This document shows, one piece after another, positions 30,459 through 41,344 of a stretch of 64,000 nucleotides of DNA. Numbering within the stretch: the first letter of the stretch is position 1; every line of letters starts with the position of its first letter. This stretch comes from an uncultured delta proteobacterium. Its GTDB lineage: Bacteria; Myxococcota_A; Polyangia; Fen-1088. Location: positions 160,001 through 224,000 of the forward strand of contig CAVTRY010000007.1 of assembly GCA_963737265.1 (NCBI GenBank). Reading direction: 5' to 3'. The translations under genes and the position numbers were made by a program. Below the pieces are notes generated by a model that was not told where the DNA came from, did no database searches, and saw only the letters and a list, made by a program, of their open reading frames with translations.

Positions 30459-33443
30459 TCAGGCCAGTAGGGCAAGCAAGTCGTCACACGTCAACGAAGC
30501 CGCAGCTGCCGCATCGCCCAAAGCGGCCTCGCCGATAGCCCGCTTGCGCTGCTGCAAATCGAGAATGCGTTCCTCGACCGTGTCGGTGGCGACAATGCGG
30601 TAGATCATGACTGGGCGCTCTTGGCCGATGCGGTGGGCGCGGTCGGCGGCCTGATCTTCGACCGCCGGATTCCACCACGGATCGCACAAGAACACATGAT
30701 CCGCGGCGGTCAGATTTAAACCCGTTCCGCCCGCCTTGAGCGAAATGAGCAAGACCGGCGGCCCGCCCTCGCCCTGGAAGGCCTCGACCACGGCGGCCCG
30801 GTCGCGAGTGCTGCCGTCGAGGCGTGTGAAGGCGATGCCAATCTGTTTAAGCGCTGGCTCGATGAGATCGAGGAGCGAGGTCCACTGGGAGAAGACCAGG
30901 GCCTTGTGCCCATCCTCGGCGGCGTTCACCAAGGCATCGACCAGGGCCTCGACCTTGGATGACGTGGCGGCGGTCTGCCCCGGCAGAAGGCCGGGGTGGC
31001 AAGCCGCCTGCCGCAACCGCAGCAGTGCCTCCAGCGCCTTCATCACATCGAGCTTTCCCGTTCCACTCGCGCCCACGGCAGCCACGAGATCGCTTTGCGT
31101 TGCGGCTCTAACTGCGTCGTAGATGCCGCGCTCGCGCTCATTGAGGTCGATCTTGATGGTGACCTCGCAGCGCGGAGGAAGCTCGGGCGCCACCTCGGCC
31201 TTGCGCCGGCGCAGAACGAAAGGGCGGATGCGCTGGCGCAGGGACTGGGCCGCGCCGGGCATGCCGTCCGCAATCGGACGCGCGGTCTCGGCGTCGAAGT
31301 CGCGCCGGCCGCCGAGCAGGCCGCGATTCGCAAAATGCATCAGGCTCCACAGCTCGTCCAGGCGATTTTCCACCGGCGTGCCGGTCATGGCCAGACGAAA
31401 ATCGGCGTTGAGAGCGTAGGCCGCGCGCGCGACCTGGCTGTCGGGGTTCTTGATCGCCTGCGCTTCGTCAATCACCACCGTGTCGAAGCGACGGCGCGCC
31501 AGCTCCTCGCCGTCGAGACGCAAGATTGCGTAGGTGGTCAGGGTGACGTCGGCGCTGTCGTCAAACTTGCGCGACGGACCGTGGTACACGGCCACGCGCA
31601 GCGCCGGACGAAAACGCGCGAGCTCGGCGCGCCAGTTGGGCAGCACGCTGGTGGGACAGACCACCAACGTCTTCTTGTTGAACACGCACATGGCTTCCAC
31701 GGTCTTGCCGAGGCCCATGTCGTCGGCGAGAACGCCGCCCAGCCCCACGCTGCGCAGGAACGACAGCCAATTCACGCCGATCTGCTGGTACGGACGCAGC
31801 GTCGCCGCCAAGTCGCGCGGCAACGGTGCCTCGGGCAGGCGCTCGAAGGTCTCGGCGAGCGGCGCCAAGCGATCGAGGCCGGGTGGAGGCGGCTGGTCGA
31901 GATCTTCGCAAAACCGGCCAAGCGTGGGCAGCGCATGGGTGGCCAAGCGACCGTCGCCGGCGCGCGCGGCGAGCAAGGACGCAAGTTCCTGTCCGTGCTT
32001 GGCCAGCCAGGCTTCGGGCAAGGGCGCGAAGCCGCCGCCGTCGAGTGGCACGAGGCCAAGGCCGTCCTGCCAGGCCGATAGCACCGCAGCGGCGCCGACG
32101 CTGCCGGCGAGCTCGCTCTTGCCCTCGGACAGGACAGTGAAATCCAAGTCAAATCGAACGTTGGGCAGGCCAGCCGCGGCGCCGCCTGCGGCCTCGACGC
32201 GCAGCTTGGGTTCGAGGCGCACGTGGGCGCCCACCAACTTGGCGCCGTCGCCGGCCAGCTCGCCCCGCCAGCGCTTGAGCTTGTCCACGAAGCGCGCGGT
32301 GTCCGCGCCCTCGAAGCTGGTGTGCCTGCCGCACAGAAGGCTGAGATCGGAACGTAACTTCTCGAGCAAGCGACGTTCCGCCGATTCGTCGCGCACGGGC
32401 ACGGGACCGGATAGGTGAACCAGCCTGCCGTCGTCGATGCGCGCGCACGGTGGGTTGCCGTACACCAACTTGGGCAGGACCGCGATCGACGAACCTGTCT
32501 GGCTGAGGTCGAGCACCAGCCGCGGGGCGATGCCACGGGCGATGCGCGGCAGGCGCTGGGTGCGAACCTCGACCAGCATGCGGCGATAAAGGTCGGGCAA
32601 AACCCGCGACGCCACCTCGCCGAGCTCGGCCGCCGCGTAGGTGCGCACGAGGGGCAGGTTCTGCAAGAATCCGCCGCACAGATCGATCTCGCCGTGGCGG
32701 GCGATCTCGTCGGCGGTCGCAACCACGCCCGCGCTCGGCACGGTGGTGATGCGCGGATCGCGGCGCAGGGTGATGGTCACGCCGTCGCCCTGATCGGCCA
32801 CGACCGCGTGGGGCAGCACCTCTTCCTCGGACATGGCTACCTGCCGGCCGTCGAGAAAGACCATGCGACACCCGACGAGCACGCGAATCAGCGCGTCCAG
32901 CTTGGACGGCGGCAGCGTGGCTCGTGCCGCGCTTTCGAGCAAGCGATCGGCCTGCAGATCGCACTGTTCGACCTGCACATCGCGCGCCTCGGCCGGCCGC
33001 GACAGCAGCGCCGACAGGGTGCCGTCGAGCTGGGTTTCACTGCCATCGGCGCGTACGATGAACCGGCGCAAGGTCAGGCCGCCGTCGACCTGGGCGAAGC
33101 GGTAGGCCACGCGCGCCCAGGTCTCGGCGGTGCTCTGGACGGGCTTCGCTTGCGCGGCGCCGCCGGCGTCTTCCTGACTGAGAGCGATCCCTGCCGCCGT
33201 TAGGTGCTCGCAAGGACGCTGCCGGCCCGGGCAGTCGCAATCCCACTCGTCCTCGCCGGGATAGAGTACCACCTGCGCCGGCACCGCCCGGCCCTGCGCG
33301 CGCACGCGCAGCACGATTTCCTCGTCGCTGCGCGACTCCACCGTCACCGCGCCGGCGCGCACCAGGTTCACGCCCGCCGACCAAACGCCCGCCTTGCAAG
33401 CGCGCCGAAGCGAGGCAATGAGCTTTGCGGTTTCGGCGTCCAT
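30459..33443 (-). CDS. SWIM-finger SNF2-family helicase
   Basis: SWIM 'CDC..CEH'; '[10 protein letters not shown]', 'DEAQ', '[11 protein letters not shown]'. Confidence 0.93.
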   Translation of the reverse strand: MDAETAKLIASLRRACKAGVWSAGVNLVRAGAVTVESRSDEEIVLRVRAQGRAVPAQVVLYPGEDEWDCDCPGRQRPCEHLTAAGIALSQEDAGGAAQAKPVQSTAETWARVAYRFAQVDGGLTLRRFIVRADGSETQLDGTLSALLSRPAEARDVQVEQCDLQADRLLESAARATLPPSKLDALIRVLVGCRMVFLDGRQVAMSEEEVLPHAVVADQGDGVTITLRRDPRITTVPSAGVVATADEIARHGEIDLCGGFLQNLPLVRTYAAAELGEVASRVLPDLYRRMLVEVRTQRLPRIARGIAPRLVLDLSQTGSSIAVLPKLVYGNPPCARIDDGRLVHLSGPVPVRDESAERRLLEKLRSDLSLLCGRHTSFEGADTARFVDKLKRWRGELAGDGAKLVGAHVRLEPKLRVEAAGGAAAGLPNVRFDLDFTVLSEGKSELAGSVGAAAVLSAWQDGLGLVPLDGGGFAPLPEAWLAKHGQELASLLAARAGDGRLATHALPTLGRFCEDLDQPPPPGLDRLAPLAETFERLPEAPLPRDLAATLRPYQQIGVNWLSFLRSVGLGGVLADDMGLGKTVEAMCVFNKKTLVVCPTSVLPNWRAELARFRPALRVAVYHGPSRKFDDSADVTLTTYAILRLDGEELARRRFDTVVIDEAQAIKNPDSQVARAAYALNADFRLAMTGTPVENRLDELWSLMHFANRGLLGGRRDFDAETARPIADGMPGAAQSLRQRIRPFVLRRRKAEVAPELPPRCEVTIKIDLNERERGIYDAVRAATQSDLVAAVGASGTGKLDVMKALEALLRLRQAACHPGLLPGQTAATSSKVEALVDALVNAAEDGHKALVFSQWTSLLDLIEPALKQIGIAFTRLDGSTRDRAAVVEAFQGEGGPPVLLISLKAGGTGLNLTAADHVFLCDPWWNPAVEDQAADRAHRIGQERPVMIYRIVATDTVEERILDLQQRKRAIGEAALGDAAAAASLTCDDLLALLA

Positions 33444-33466
33444 GTTGCGAGGGAAGAAAGAGTTCG

Positions 33467-33563
33467 CCACAGAGACACGGAGAGCACAGTGAGAGAAGAA
33501 GAAAGGGTTTCCGGATCTTGGATCCGAACTACTTCTACCTCTGCGCTCTCTGTGCCTCTGTGG
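33467..33563. repeat. Long imperfect inverted repeat (REP/MITE-like)
   Basis: CCACAGAGACACGGAGAGCACAGTGAG pairs with CTCTGCGCTCTCTGTGCCTCTGTGG; inner GGATC-TTG-GATCC hairpin. Confidence 0.75.
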
Positions 33564-33575
33564 TGAAAAATCCGG

Positions 33576-34832
33576 CTAGAGGTTTGCGATGATGCGCGTG
33601 CCGAACTCTGAACACGACACCTCGGTTGCCCCCTCGGTCAACCTAGCGAAGTCGTAGGTGACGGTTTTCTGCGCGATGGTCTCCTCGATCGCCGCGACGA
33701 TGCGGCTGGCGGCGCCGTTCCAGCCGAGGTGTTCCAGCATCATGATGCCGGACAGAATCACCGAACCAGGATTCACTTTGTCCAGATTCGCGTATTTGGG
33801 CGCCGTGCCGTGCGTGGCTTCGAAGACCGCGTGCCCGGTCAGGTAGTTGATGTTCCCGCCCGGCGCGATACCGATGCCGCCCACCTGCGCCGCGAGCGCA
33901 TCCGACAAATAGTCGCCGTTCAGGTTTAGTGTCGCGACCACATCGAACTCGTCGGGCCGGGTCAGCACCTGCTGCAACGTGATGTCGGCGATGGAGTCCT
34001 TGAGCAGAATCTGTCCCGCGGGCGGCTTGCCAGCGCAGTCGTCCCAGCCGACGACCCGGCCCGCGTATTCGCGCTTGGCCAGGGCGTAGCCCCAGTCGCG
34101 AAACGCGCCCTCGGTGAACTTCATGATGTTGCCCTTATGAACCATAGTCACGCTCTTGCGCCCGTGTTTGAGCGCGTAGTCGAACGCGGACCGCAGAAGC
34201 CTTTCCGATCCCTCGCGCGAGACCGGCTTGATGCCGATGCCGCTCGTCGCCGGGAAGCGGATCTTCTTCACGCCCATTTCGTTTTGCAGAAACGCGATGA
34301 GCTTTTGTGCCTGGGGCGATTCGGCGGGCCATTCGATGCCGGCGTAGATGTCCTCGGTGTTCTCGCGGAAGATCACCATGTCGACCTTTTCTGGATGTTT
34401 GACCGGCGACGGAACGCCGCGAAAATAGCGCACCGGCCGCAGGCACACGTAGAGGTCCAAGATTTGCCGGATGGCGACGTTGAGCGAGGTGAAGCCGCCG
34501 CCAATGGGCGTGGTGAGCGGCCCCTTAATGCCGACCAGATAGGTCTTGAAGGCCTCCAGGGTTTCATCGGGCAACCAGGTGTCGAACAGCTTCTTGGCTT
34601 TCTCGCCAGCGTAGACCTCGGCCCAGGCTATCTTCTTCTTGCCGCCAAACTCCCTTTCCACCGCGGCATCGAGCACCCGCACCGAGGCACGCCAGATATC
34701 AGGACCTGTTCCGTCCCCTTCGATGAAAGGTAAGATGGGATGATCGGGCACTTGCAAGATGCCCTGCTCGTTCATGGTCAAGGGCTCGCCGCCCGCGGGA
34801 ATTTCCGGTTTCGGAGAAAAAGCGGTCGTCAT
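33576..34832 (-). CDS. icd: NADP-dependent isocitrate dehydrogenase
   Basis: '[10 protein letters not shown]', 'KGPLTTP', 'HKGNIMK', '[10 protein letters not shown]'. Confidence 0.96.
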   Translation of the reverse strand: MTTAFSPKPEIPAGGEPLTMNEQGILQVPDHPILPFIEGDGTGPDIWRASVRVLDAAVEREFGGKKKIAWAEVYAGEKAKKLFDTWLPDETLEAFKTYLVGIKGPLTTPIGGGFTSLNVAIRQILDLYVCLRPVRYFRGVPSPVKHPEKVDMVIFRENTEDIYAGIEWPAESPQAQKLIAFLQNEMGVKKIRFPATSGIGIKPVSREGSERLLRSAFDYALKHGRKSVTMVHKGNIMKFTEGAFRDWGYALAKREYAGRVVGWDDCAGKPPAGQILLKDSIADITLQQVLTRPDEFDVVATLNLNGDYLSDALAAQVGGIGIAPGGNINYLTGHAVFEATHGTAPKYANLDKVNPGSVILSGIMMLEHLGWNGAASRIVAAIEETIAQKTVTYDFARLTEGATEVSCSEFGTRIIANL

Positions 34833-34883
34833 GATGAAGACCTTTTACCGCAATCGATACGTCCTCGTCGACTGCTGCGTCGC

Positions 34884-36844
34884 TCACCTTACCTTCGTCC
34901 CCGGCGAAACCTCGCGATCAAAGACGCACAGGGACAGCTTGTCGCCGCCGGCAGCCAGAATCATGCCTTGCGAAACCACACCTCGAATCTTGGCCGGCTT
35001 CAGATTGGCCAGGTAAAGCACGGTGCGGCCCACCAGATCTGCAGGCGCGTACGCACCGGCAATGCCGGAAATGACCGTCCGTTGCTCGCTGCCCAGATCC
35101 AACGTCAGTTTCAGCAGCTTCTCGGTCTTGGGAACGGCCTCGGCGGCGAGCACCTTGGCCGAGCGAAGATCGATGCGAGCAAGGTCTTCGATAGCGATTT
35201 CGCCAACCGTGCTCGCATCGTCCGCCGCGACGGCCTTGAGTGACGGTGTCTGGTCGAGCCAGGCCGCGATGAGCTCTCTCTGCCGGTCTGGATCGATGCG
35301 CGGAAAAATCGGCTTGGGCTCGACCAACTTGCCGCCCGGCCAGCCGCCCCATGGTTCGGACGGCCAAAGGCCGAAGTCCTGCTCGCGGCCGATCTGGCGC
35401 AGGATCTCGCGCGAGGCTTCGGGCATGGCCGGCGCGACCATTTGCGCCGCGCGACGGATAAGCTCGCACGTGCCGGCCAAGACCTCGCGCAATTCGGCCA
35501 GGTTTCCGGCCTTCTTGAGCTTCCACGGCGCCGTGCGGTCCAGATACACGTTGCCCGCGCGGATCATGGTCCAGGTGGCTTCCAAGGCGCGCGAGGGTTG
35601 CATGTCGTCCCACGCCTTGGTCGCGGCCGCGGTCATGTCCTGCGCACATTGGCGCAAGACTAGTTCTTCCTCGGACAACGGATCGCCCGCCGAATAGCCC
35701 TCGCGGTGGGGCGCATCGAGGGTTTCGCCGAGTTGGCGGGCCATGGAAATGGTGCGGTTGACGAGATTGCCGAGATCGTTGCCGAGGTCGGATTCGTAGC
35801 GCTGGAAAAGCGCCTCGTAGCTGAAATCGCCGTCGTTGCCAAGGGTGTACTCGCGCAGGACGAAGTAGCGCAGGGGATCGGCGCCGATGGAGTCGGCGAT
35901 GAGGCGCGGATCTACGCGCGTGGCCGGCATGGACTTGGAAATCTTCTGCCCCTTGACGGTGATGTAGCCGTGGCAGAACACGCCCTTCGGCGTCGGCAAT
36001 CCCGCGGACATCAGCAAGGCCGGCCAATACACGGCGTGAAAGCGCAGAATGTCCTTGGCGATGAGGTGCGTGCACGCGCCCCACAAGGCCTGTGCGCGCG
36101 CGTCGCTGGTGATCTTGTCCGGCCCGCCCAGCGCTGACACGTAGTTGGTCAAGGCGTCGAGCCACACGTAGACGACGTGGCTGGGATCGTTGGGCACCGG
36201 GATGCCCCATTTGACCGTCGAGCGCGAGATGGACAGATCCTTGAGCCCCGAGCGCACGAACTCGGTCACCTCGTTCTTGCGCGTTTCGGGCCGGATGAAG
36301 CCCGGTTTTTCGTAAAGCGCGAGCAACTTGTCCGCGTACTGGACAGACGGAAAAAGTAGTTCTCCTCGCGCACGCGCTCGACCGGTTTGCGGTGGATGGG
36401 GCAAACCTTCGCGCCGCCCTCTTCGACCACATCCTCCTCGGCTTTCCACCCTTCGCAGCCCACGCAGTACATGCCGTCGTAGTCGGCCTTGTAGATGTCG
36501 CCCTTGGCCAGCATGCGCTGCCACATGGCTTCGACCGAGGCGTGATGGTCGGGGTCGGTCGTGCGGATGAAGCGGTCGTAGCTGATGCCCGCCTGCGCCC
36601 AGACTTCTTTGAATTTGGCCACGATCCCGTCGCTGAATTCCTTGGGGCTGACGTTTTGCTCGCGCGCCATGCGGTCGATTTTCTGCCCGTGCTCGTCGGT
36701 GCCGGTGAGGAAGTAGGTCTCGTGGCGGCGGGCGCGGTGGTAGCGCGCGAACGCGTCGGCCACAGTGGTGGTGTAGAACGTCCCCAGGTGGGGAACGGCG
36801 TTCACGTAGTAAATTGGGGTGGTGACGTAGCAGTAGTCAGCCAT
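34884..36844 (-). CDS. metG: Methionine--tRNA ligase with C-terminal tRNA-binding domain, frameshift near 36340
   Basis: 'TTPIYYVNAVPHLG', 'GTDEHG', 'YVWLDAL', 'KISKS', C-terminal 'SQGMILA'. Confidence 0.95.
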
Positions 36845-36898
36845 GCCGGTAGGTTAACAGAGATGTCGCCCGACGGTGCACTTGGGATCGGCGACTAG

Positions 36899-37852
36899 CT
36901 AGGAGCCTTCGTCGCTGTCGTCGTCTTGGTCGCTTGGAACGGCACCGGGCGCCACGACAGCCTGGGGGCGCGGCGACGCTGGACCGCGAAAATTGGGGTC
37001 GTTCGCAACCAAGCGAACCTCGGACACCGCGAAGTTCATGGGCGGCTTCTCGAAGAAGGAAACCCGCACGCGCCCGCCGAGCACGTCGAGATCGTCGACC
37101 CGGCCGATGCCCTCGGGCGTCTCGACCCGCTTGCCAGCCTTGGGCAGCCCCTTCGACATTTCCACGTAGAGCTCGTCCTCGTAGACGAGACAGCACTTGA
37201 GCCGGCTGCACTGACCCGCGATCTTGGTCGGATTGAGCACCAGGCGCTGATGCTTGGCCATCTTGATGGAAACCGGGGCAAAGTGATTCAAGTAGGTGGC
37301 ACAGCACAGCTCGCGTCCGCACGAGCCAATGCCGCCCGTGATCTTGGATTCATCGCGTACGCCGACTTGGCGCATCTCCACGCGCAGGCACAGGTGCGCC
37401 CCCAAGTCACGCACCAGGCTGCGGAAATCCACCCGTTCCTCGCACGAGAAAAAGAACGTGGCACGATCGCTGCTGCCGCCGAGATCGGTACGAAATAGCT
37501 TGATGGGCAAGCCCAACCCGCGGGCGCGTTCGCGGGCAAAGGCCAGGGCCTCCTGCTGAAGCCGGCGATCTTGTTCCGCGCGTGCGACATCGCGCGGCTC
37601 GGCCCTGCGGATCACGCGGCCAAGCGCGCCCGCTACCTGCCGCATTCCAGTCGCGACAAGCACCACCGCCAGCACGGAGTCGCGCCGATCGTCGACGACG
37701 ACCCGCTCGCCCTGGCGCAGCTCCAGGCCGCCGCAATCACAATCCATGGTCCGACCGCTCAGCGCGAAACGCACCCTGACCGTGGCGCGAACCGCACGAT
37801 CCGAGCGATCGCGCACGGGCTGCGGCGCGGACGGGTTCGAGCTTTCGTTCAT
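36899..37852 (-). CDS. PSP1/YaaT (RicT) domain protein
   Basis: 'RVDFRSLVRDL', 'GGIGSCGRELCC', 'CSRLKCCL'. Confidence 0.9.
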   Translation of the reverse strand: MNESSNPSAPQPVRDRSDRAVRATVRVRFALSGRTMDCDCGGLELRQGERVVVDDRRDSVLAVVLVATGMRQVAGALGRVIRRAEPRDVARAEQDRRLQQEALAFARERARGLGLPIKLFRTDLGGSSDRATFFFSCEERVDFRSLVRDLGAHLCLRVEMRQVGVRDESKITGGIGSCGRELCCATYLNHFAPVSIKMAKHQRLVLNPTKIAGQCSRLKCCLVYEDELYVEMSKGLPKAGKRVETPEGIGRVDDLDVLGGRVRVSFFEKPPMNFAVSEVRLVANDPNFRGPASPRPQAVVAPGAVPSDQDDDSDEGS

Positions 37853-38856
37853 GCGAGCCCTGCCTCGAGGGTTCGCAGATCCATCAACATCTTTTCGAGC
37901 GCGGTCACGGGATTCACATTGGACGACAGGGCCAGGGAAGTCTGCACCACTTCACGCAGAGCGCGACGAAGCACTGCTAAAGCGTAACCTTTTCTGGCGT
38001 GGTCCGCGAGAGATTCAAGCTCGGCGACGCGATCGCGTAGCAATGCAAGGTCGTTGGCCCCCGCCGCAGTGACAAGCGCGTCGCGATACAGGCGCGCCAG
38101 CAGCTCCAGCGCCTCGGGCAGATCCTGCCGACTTTCCTTGTCGGAAAACGCCGACGCCGCATCAAAGATTGCGGCCATCTGCTGGTCTGCCGCCGCCTGC
38201 CGGAAGTTTGCCACGATGGTCCACGGACTCGCTTCCGCCTCGGCTGCGAGAGCCTCGAGCAAGCGTCCCGCCTGCCCCCCGGCCAGCGCGGCCGCGGTTT
38301 CCGCCTGCGCCCTGGTGGCGCCCCTGCGCGAGGCAATTTCCACCAGAGCTGCTGCTCGCAAGCCCACGAAGCGAATGCGCTGCGTGCGCGATCGAATCGT
38401 GGCAAGCAGTCGGTCGGGCGCCGAAGTGACCAGCACCAAGTAGTTGCCGGGAAAGGGCTCTTCTAGCGTCTTGAGCAGGCAGTTCGCCGAGCTCGGATTG
38501 AGGCAGTCCGCTCGATCGAGAACGATGACACGCGCGGGAGATTCGTGGGGCCGGGTCGAGGCGAGCGCGACGACTTCGCGCGATTGATCGACAATGTACT
38601 GCTGCGCAGCCGGCTCGAAAATTCTCGCGTCGGGATGCTGGCCGAACTCGATGCGCCGGCAGGTGTCGCAGGTGCCGCAGCCGCTGCCGGGCGCCTCGGG
38701 ACAGCACAAGGCGAGCGCCAAGCCCAGCGCCGCGCTTCGCTTGCCCGCGCTCTCCGGTCCGTCGAAAAGGCAGGCGTGGGCAAGGCGTCCGGACGCGACC
38801 GAGCGAAGCAACATCGCGACCGCGTGATCTTGTCCGACAATGTCGCGAAGAAGCAT
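37849..38856 (-). CDS. holB: DNA polymerase III delta' subunit
   Basis: 'CGTCDTC..HPD', 'ANCLLKTLEEP', 'TIRSR'; usual holB-PSP1-metG order. Confidence 0.92.
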   Translation of the reverse strand: MLLRDIVGQDHAVAMLLRSVASGRLAHACLFDGPESAGKRSAALGLALALCCPEAPGSGCGTCDTCRRIEFGQHPDARIFEPAAQQYIVDQSREVVALASTRPHESPARVIVLDRADCLNPSSANCLLKTLEEPFPGNYLVLVTSAPDRLLATIRSRTQRIRFVGLRAAALVEIASRRGATRAQAETAAALAGGQAGRLLEALAAEAEASPWTIVANFRQAAADQQMAAIFDAASAFSDKESRQDLPEALELLARLYRDALVTAAGANDLALLRDRVAELESLADHARKGYALAVLRRALREVVQTSLALSSNVNPVTALEKMLMDLRTLEAGLA

Positions 38857-38926
38857 GGGAGCAACAAGCTAGCAAAATCCGCGCGCCGAATCGACAGTCC
38901 CGCTCTTCGTGGCTAGACTCGCTGTC

Positions 38927-39583
38927 ATGAGCATCCTTGAGCGGCTGTCGACCCTGGTGAAATCGAACGTCAACGATCTCATCGACGAAATGCAGGATCC
39001 GGCCAAGGAAATCGATCAGATGGTGCGCGACATGGAGGATTCCGTTCGCCAGGCGCGCCTGGAAGTCGCGTCGTGCATGGCCGAGGAAAAACGCCTGGCC
39101 AAGCAGTCCGAGGATTTGGCCGCGGCGGCAAGGTTCTGGGAAGAGCACGCCGCGCGGGCGGTGCAAGCCGGCGACGACGCGCTCGCCAAGGAGGCGCTTC
39201 GGCACAAGGCCGAAAAGGAAGCGGATCGCATCGAGACCGACAAAGCCGCCGCCGAACAGAAGCTGCAGGTGGACAAGCTCGCGGCGGGTCTGCGCACCCT
39301 CGACTTGCGCGTGAAGGATGTAAAGCTGCGCCAAGGCAGCCTGCGCGAAAAGGCCCGCGCCAACCGCGGCCAGGATCCGGTTTCCACCGGCACGTCGGCG
39401 TTCTCCGATTTCGAGCGGATGTCGGGAAAAATCGACGCTGTGGAAGCCGAGGCTAGCCTGTCCGACGAACTAGCCGGGAATACGGCCGAGAGACGCGCGA
39501 CCGAACGCAAGTTGGAAAACTTGAGCGAAGACAGGTCGATCGACGACGCTCTCGCGGCCCTCAAACGAAAGCTATCGAGCTAG
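38927..39583 (+). CDS. PspA/IM30 family protein
   Basis: 'MSILERLSTLVKSNVNDLID..DP', coiled coil, 'FSDFERM..EAEA'. Confidence 0.9.
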   Translation: MSILERLSTLVKSNVNDLIDEMQDPAKEIDQMVRDMEDSVRQARLEVASCMAEEKRLAKQSEDLAAAARFWEEHAARAVQAGDDALAKEALRHKAEKEADRIETDKAAAEQKLQVDKLAAGLRTLDLRVKDVKLRQGSLREKARANRGQDPVSTGTSAFSDFERMSGKIDAVEAEASLSDELAGNTAERRATERKLENLSEDRSIDDALAALKRKLSS

Positions 39584-39636
39584 CCCACGTTATACATCAA
39601 CTGCACCCTGTCAAAGCGCGCGAGCGGGCTTGAAGA

Positions 39637-39719
39637 CGCGTGCGGAGCCTGCCAGCTTTGCTGGCAGCGCAGCACCGCGGGAGGGTTTGGGAACCCTCCC
39701 AGGGTTCCCATCACAATCG
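39637..39719 (-). repeat. Solo diverged copy of the double-hairpin unit found in the tRNA-linked array
   Basis: Reverse complement reads CGATTG..TGGGAACCCTGGGAGGGTTCCCA..CCTCCCGCG..hairpin..CACGCG. Confidence 0.75.
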
Positions 39720-39723
39720 GGCT

Positions 39724-40515
39724 CTAGTGTTCTCGCTGCATGGCCGCCAGGCGACGCGCCATCAGAAGGAGCAGCGTGGCCAGCAAAGCCAGCACCAGGC
39801 AACCGACCGCCACGCAGCCAAGCACGACGCCTCGACTGTCCGTCGTCATTCGCAGGGGGCCGAGCGCGACGAGGTTCACGCCTTGTGGCGCGGGTGCTTC
39901 GGGCGCGGCTGTCACCACCACCGCGACCGCGTCTCTCTCCAGGCTGGGCACGCTTCCCGCCACCAGCTTCTGCACCTCTGATTCCAGAATTGGCGCCGGC
40001 CGCCCGGCGCGGGCCTTGAGCAGCACGGCCGCCTGCGCGGGCACGCGTGGCTTGCCGTCGGCGGCCAGCGGGTCGGGCTCGGGCAACACCAGATGCACTC
40101 GCGCATTCACAACGCCCTCAACGGTTTCCAGCGTCCGCTCGATCTCGCCGGCCAGGGCCTCGACATAGCGGGCGCGCTCCTCGGTGGGCGTCGGCACGAG
40201 GCTCGGCTGCTTGTAGACCTCGCCAAAGCCCGAGCGCCGGCCGCGCGGCAAGCCCAACGAGCGCATCAGCTCCAACGCGCGCACGGCGTCGGACTTGGCG
40301 ACAGTGACGACGAACGCTTCTCCGCCCGCTTCGTCGCGATTCTTGCTGGCGCCGATGCCTCCGCGTGCGAGAGCGGTCACCACCTCGTTGGCCGCCGCTT
40401 CGTCGAGCCCGTGCTGAATGGGCGTCGAGCAGCCGAGCACGAGAAACACCGCGATCCATGGACAACGCCCACGACGAACCGCGTCGCTTTCACATCGGTT
40501 GTGAACCATTGCCAT
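39724..40515 (-). CDS. sctJ: Type III secretion inner-membrane ring lipoprotein (YscJ/SctJ family)
   Basis: Lipobox 'VLGC', 'GLDEAAANEVV', 'SLVPTPTEERARY', 'GVVNARVHLVLP', C-terminal TM. Confidence 0.85.
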   Translation of the reverse strand: MAMVHNRCESDAVRRGRCPWIAVFLVLGCSTPIQHGLDEAAANEVVTALARGGIGASKNRDEAGGEAFVVTVAKSDAVRALELMRSLGLPRGRRSGFGEVYKQPSLVPTPTEERARYVEALAGEIERTLETVEGVVNARVHLVLPEPDPLAADGKPRVPAQAAVLLKARAGRPAPILESEVQKLVAGSVPSLERDAVAVVVTAAPEAPAPQGVNLVALGPLRMTTDSRGVVLGCVAVGCLVLALLATLLLLMARRLAAMQREH

Positions 40516-40533
40516 CCCTCGCTTCTACAAGGT

Positions 40534-41223
40534 TCATACGTCCAGTTCTCCGAGCGCCTCGCGCAATTGATTGACGGCTCTCGCATGCAGCCGACTGGCC
40601 CACGATTTGGAGAGCCCGAGCCGGGCGCCTGCCTCTTCCAGTTTCATGTCCGCAAAATAGTAGAGCTCCATCAGGCGACGTTCCTTCTCGGGAAGGGTGG
40701 CGAGGGCTTTGCGCACGCGTGCGCGCCCCTGCGTGTCCTGCAACTCATCGTCGGGCGCCTTGAAGCGGTCGTCGGGAATCTCCCAAGCGCCCTCGATGGA
40801 CGTGATATGGACGGTCGCAACGCCGCTCAAGATCTCGGCGATATCGTCGAGCACCTGGCCACGGTCGGTCTTCCTCGCGGAAGGCTCCGCAGCCGCGCTG
40901 GCGGCTTCGCGCTCGGCCGCCGCCGCCACGTATTCGTTGGCCCGCTCTTCGGCCCGGTAGCGGGCATAGTCGCTGCGCGAATACCAACCCATGGTGCGCA
41001 TGCCGTCGAAGATTGCGCCCCGGATCCTGTAGTACGCGAACGTGGCAAAGGCCACGCCCTGCCTGGAATCGAACTTCCGGGCCGCCTCGATGAGCCCCTG
41101 GGTTCCGTAGCCGACCAAATCGCCCGGTTCCATGGTCTTGCCGAGCCGCCGCTGTAATTTTGAGGCGATCGAGTGCACCAAATGCAGGTGCTCCTCGACA
41201 AGCCGGTCCCGATCAGCCGCCAT
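40534..41223 (-). CDS. FliA/WhiG-type sigma-70 factor
   Basis: 'GLIEAARKFD', 'FATFAYYRIRGAIFDGMR', region 4 'LGLSKSWASRLH'. Confidence 0.88.
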   Translation of the reverse strand: MAADRDRLVEEHLHLVHSIASKLQRRLGKTMEPGDLVGYGTQGLIEAARKFDSRQGVAFATFAYYRIRGAIFDGMRTMGWYSRSDYARYRAEERANEYVAAAAEREAASAAAEPSARKTDRGQVLDDIAEILSGVATVHITSIEGAWEIPDDRFKAPDDELQDTQGRARVRKALATLPEKERRLMELYYFADMKLEEAGARLGLSKSWASRLHARAVNQLREALGELDV

Positions 41224-41344
41224 GACAGACGGAGACTAGAACAAGGCCTTGCCGGTCCCGTCAAGCCGGTAGTGCATTTGGGCAGTTTCGAGGCAAGGCA
41301 CGTCTTGAAGGCCGAGCCTTATTGCTTCACTATGGCCTGCTGTA

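Noticed and set aside
36330-36350. Programmed frameshift or split metG
   Set aside because: No slippery site at the break; restoring one base gives a normal MetG, and similar indels occur throughout the window
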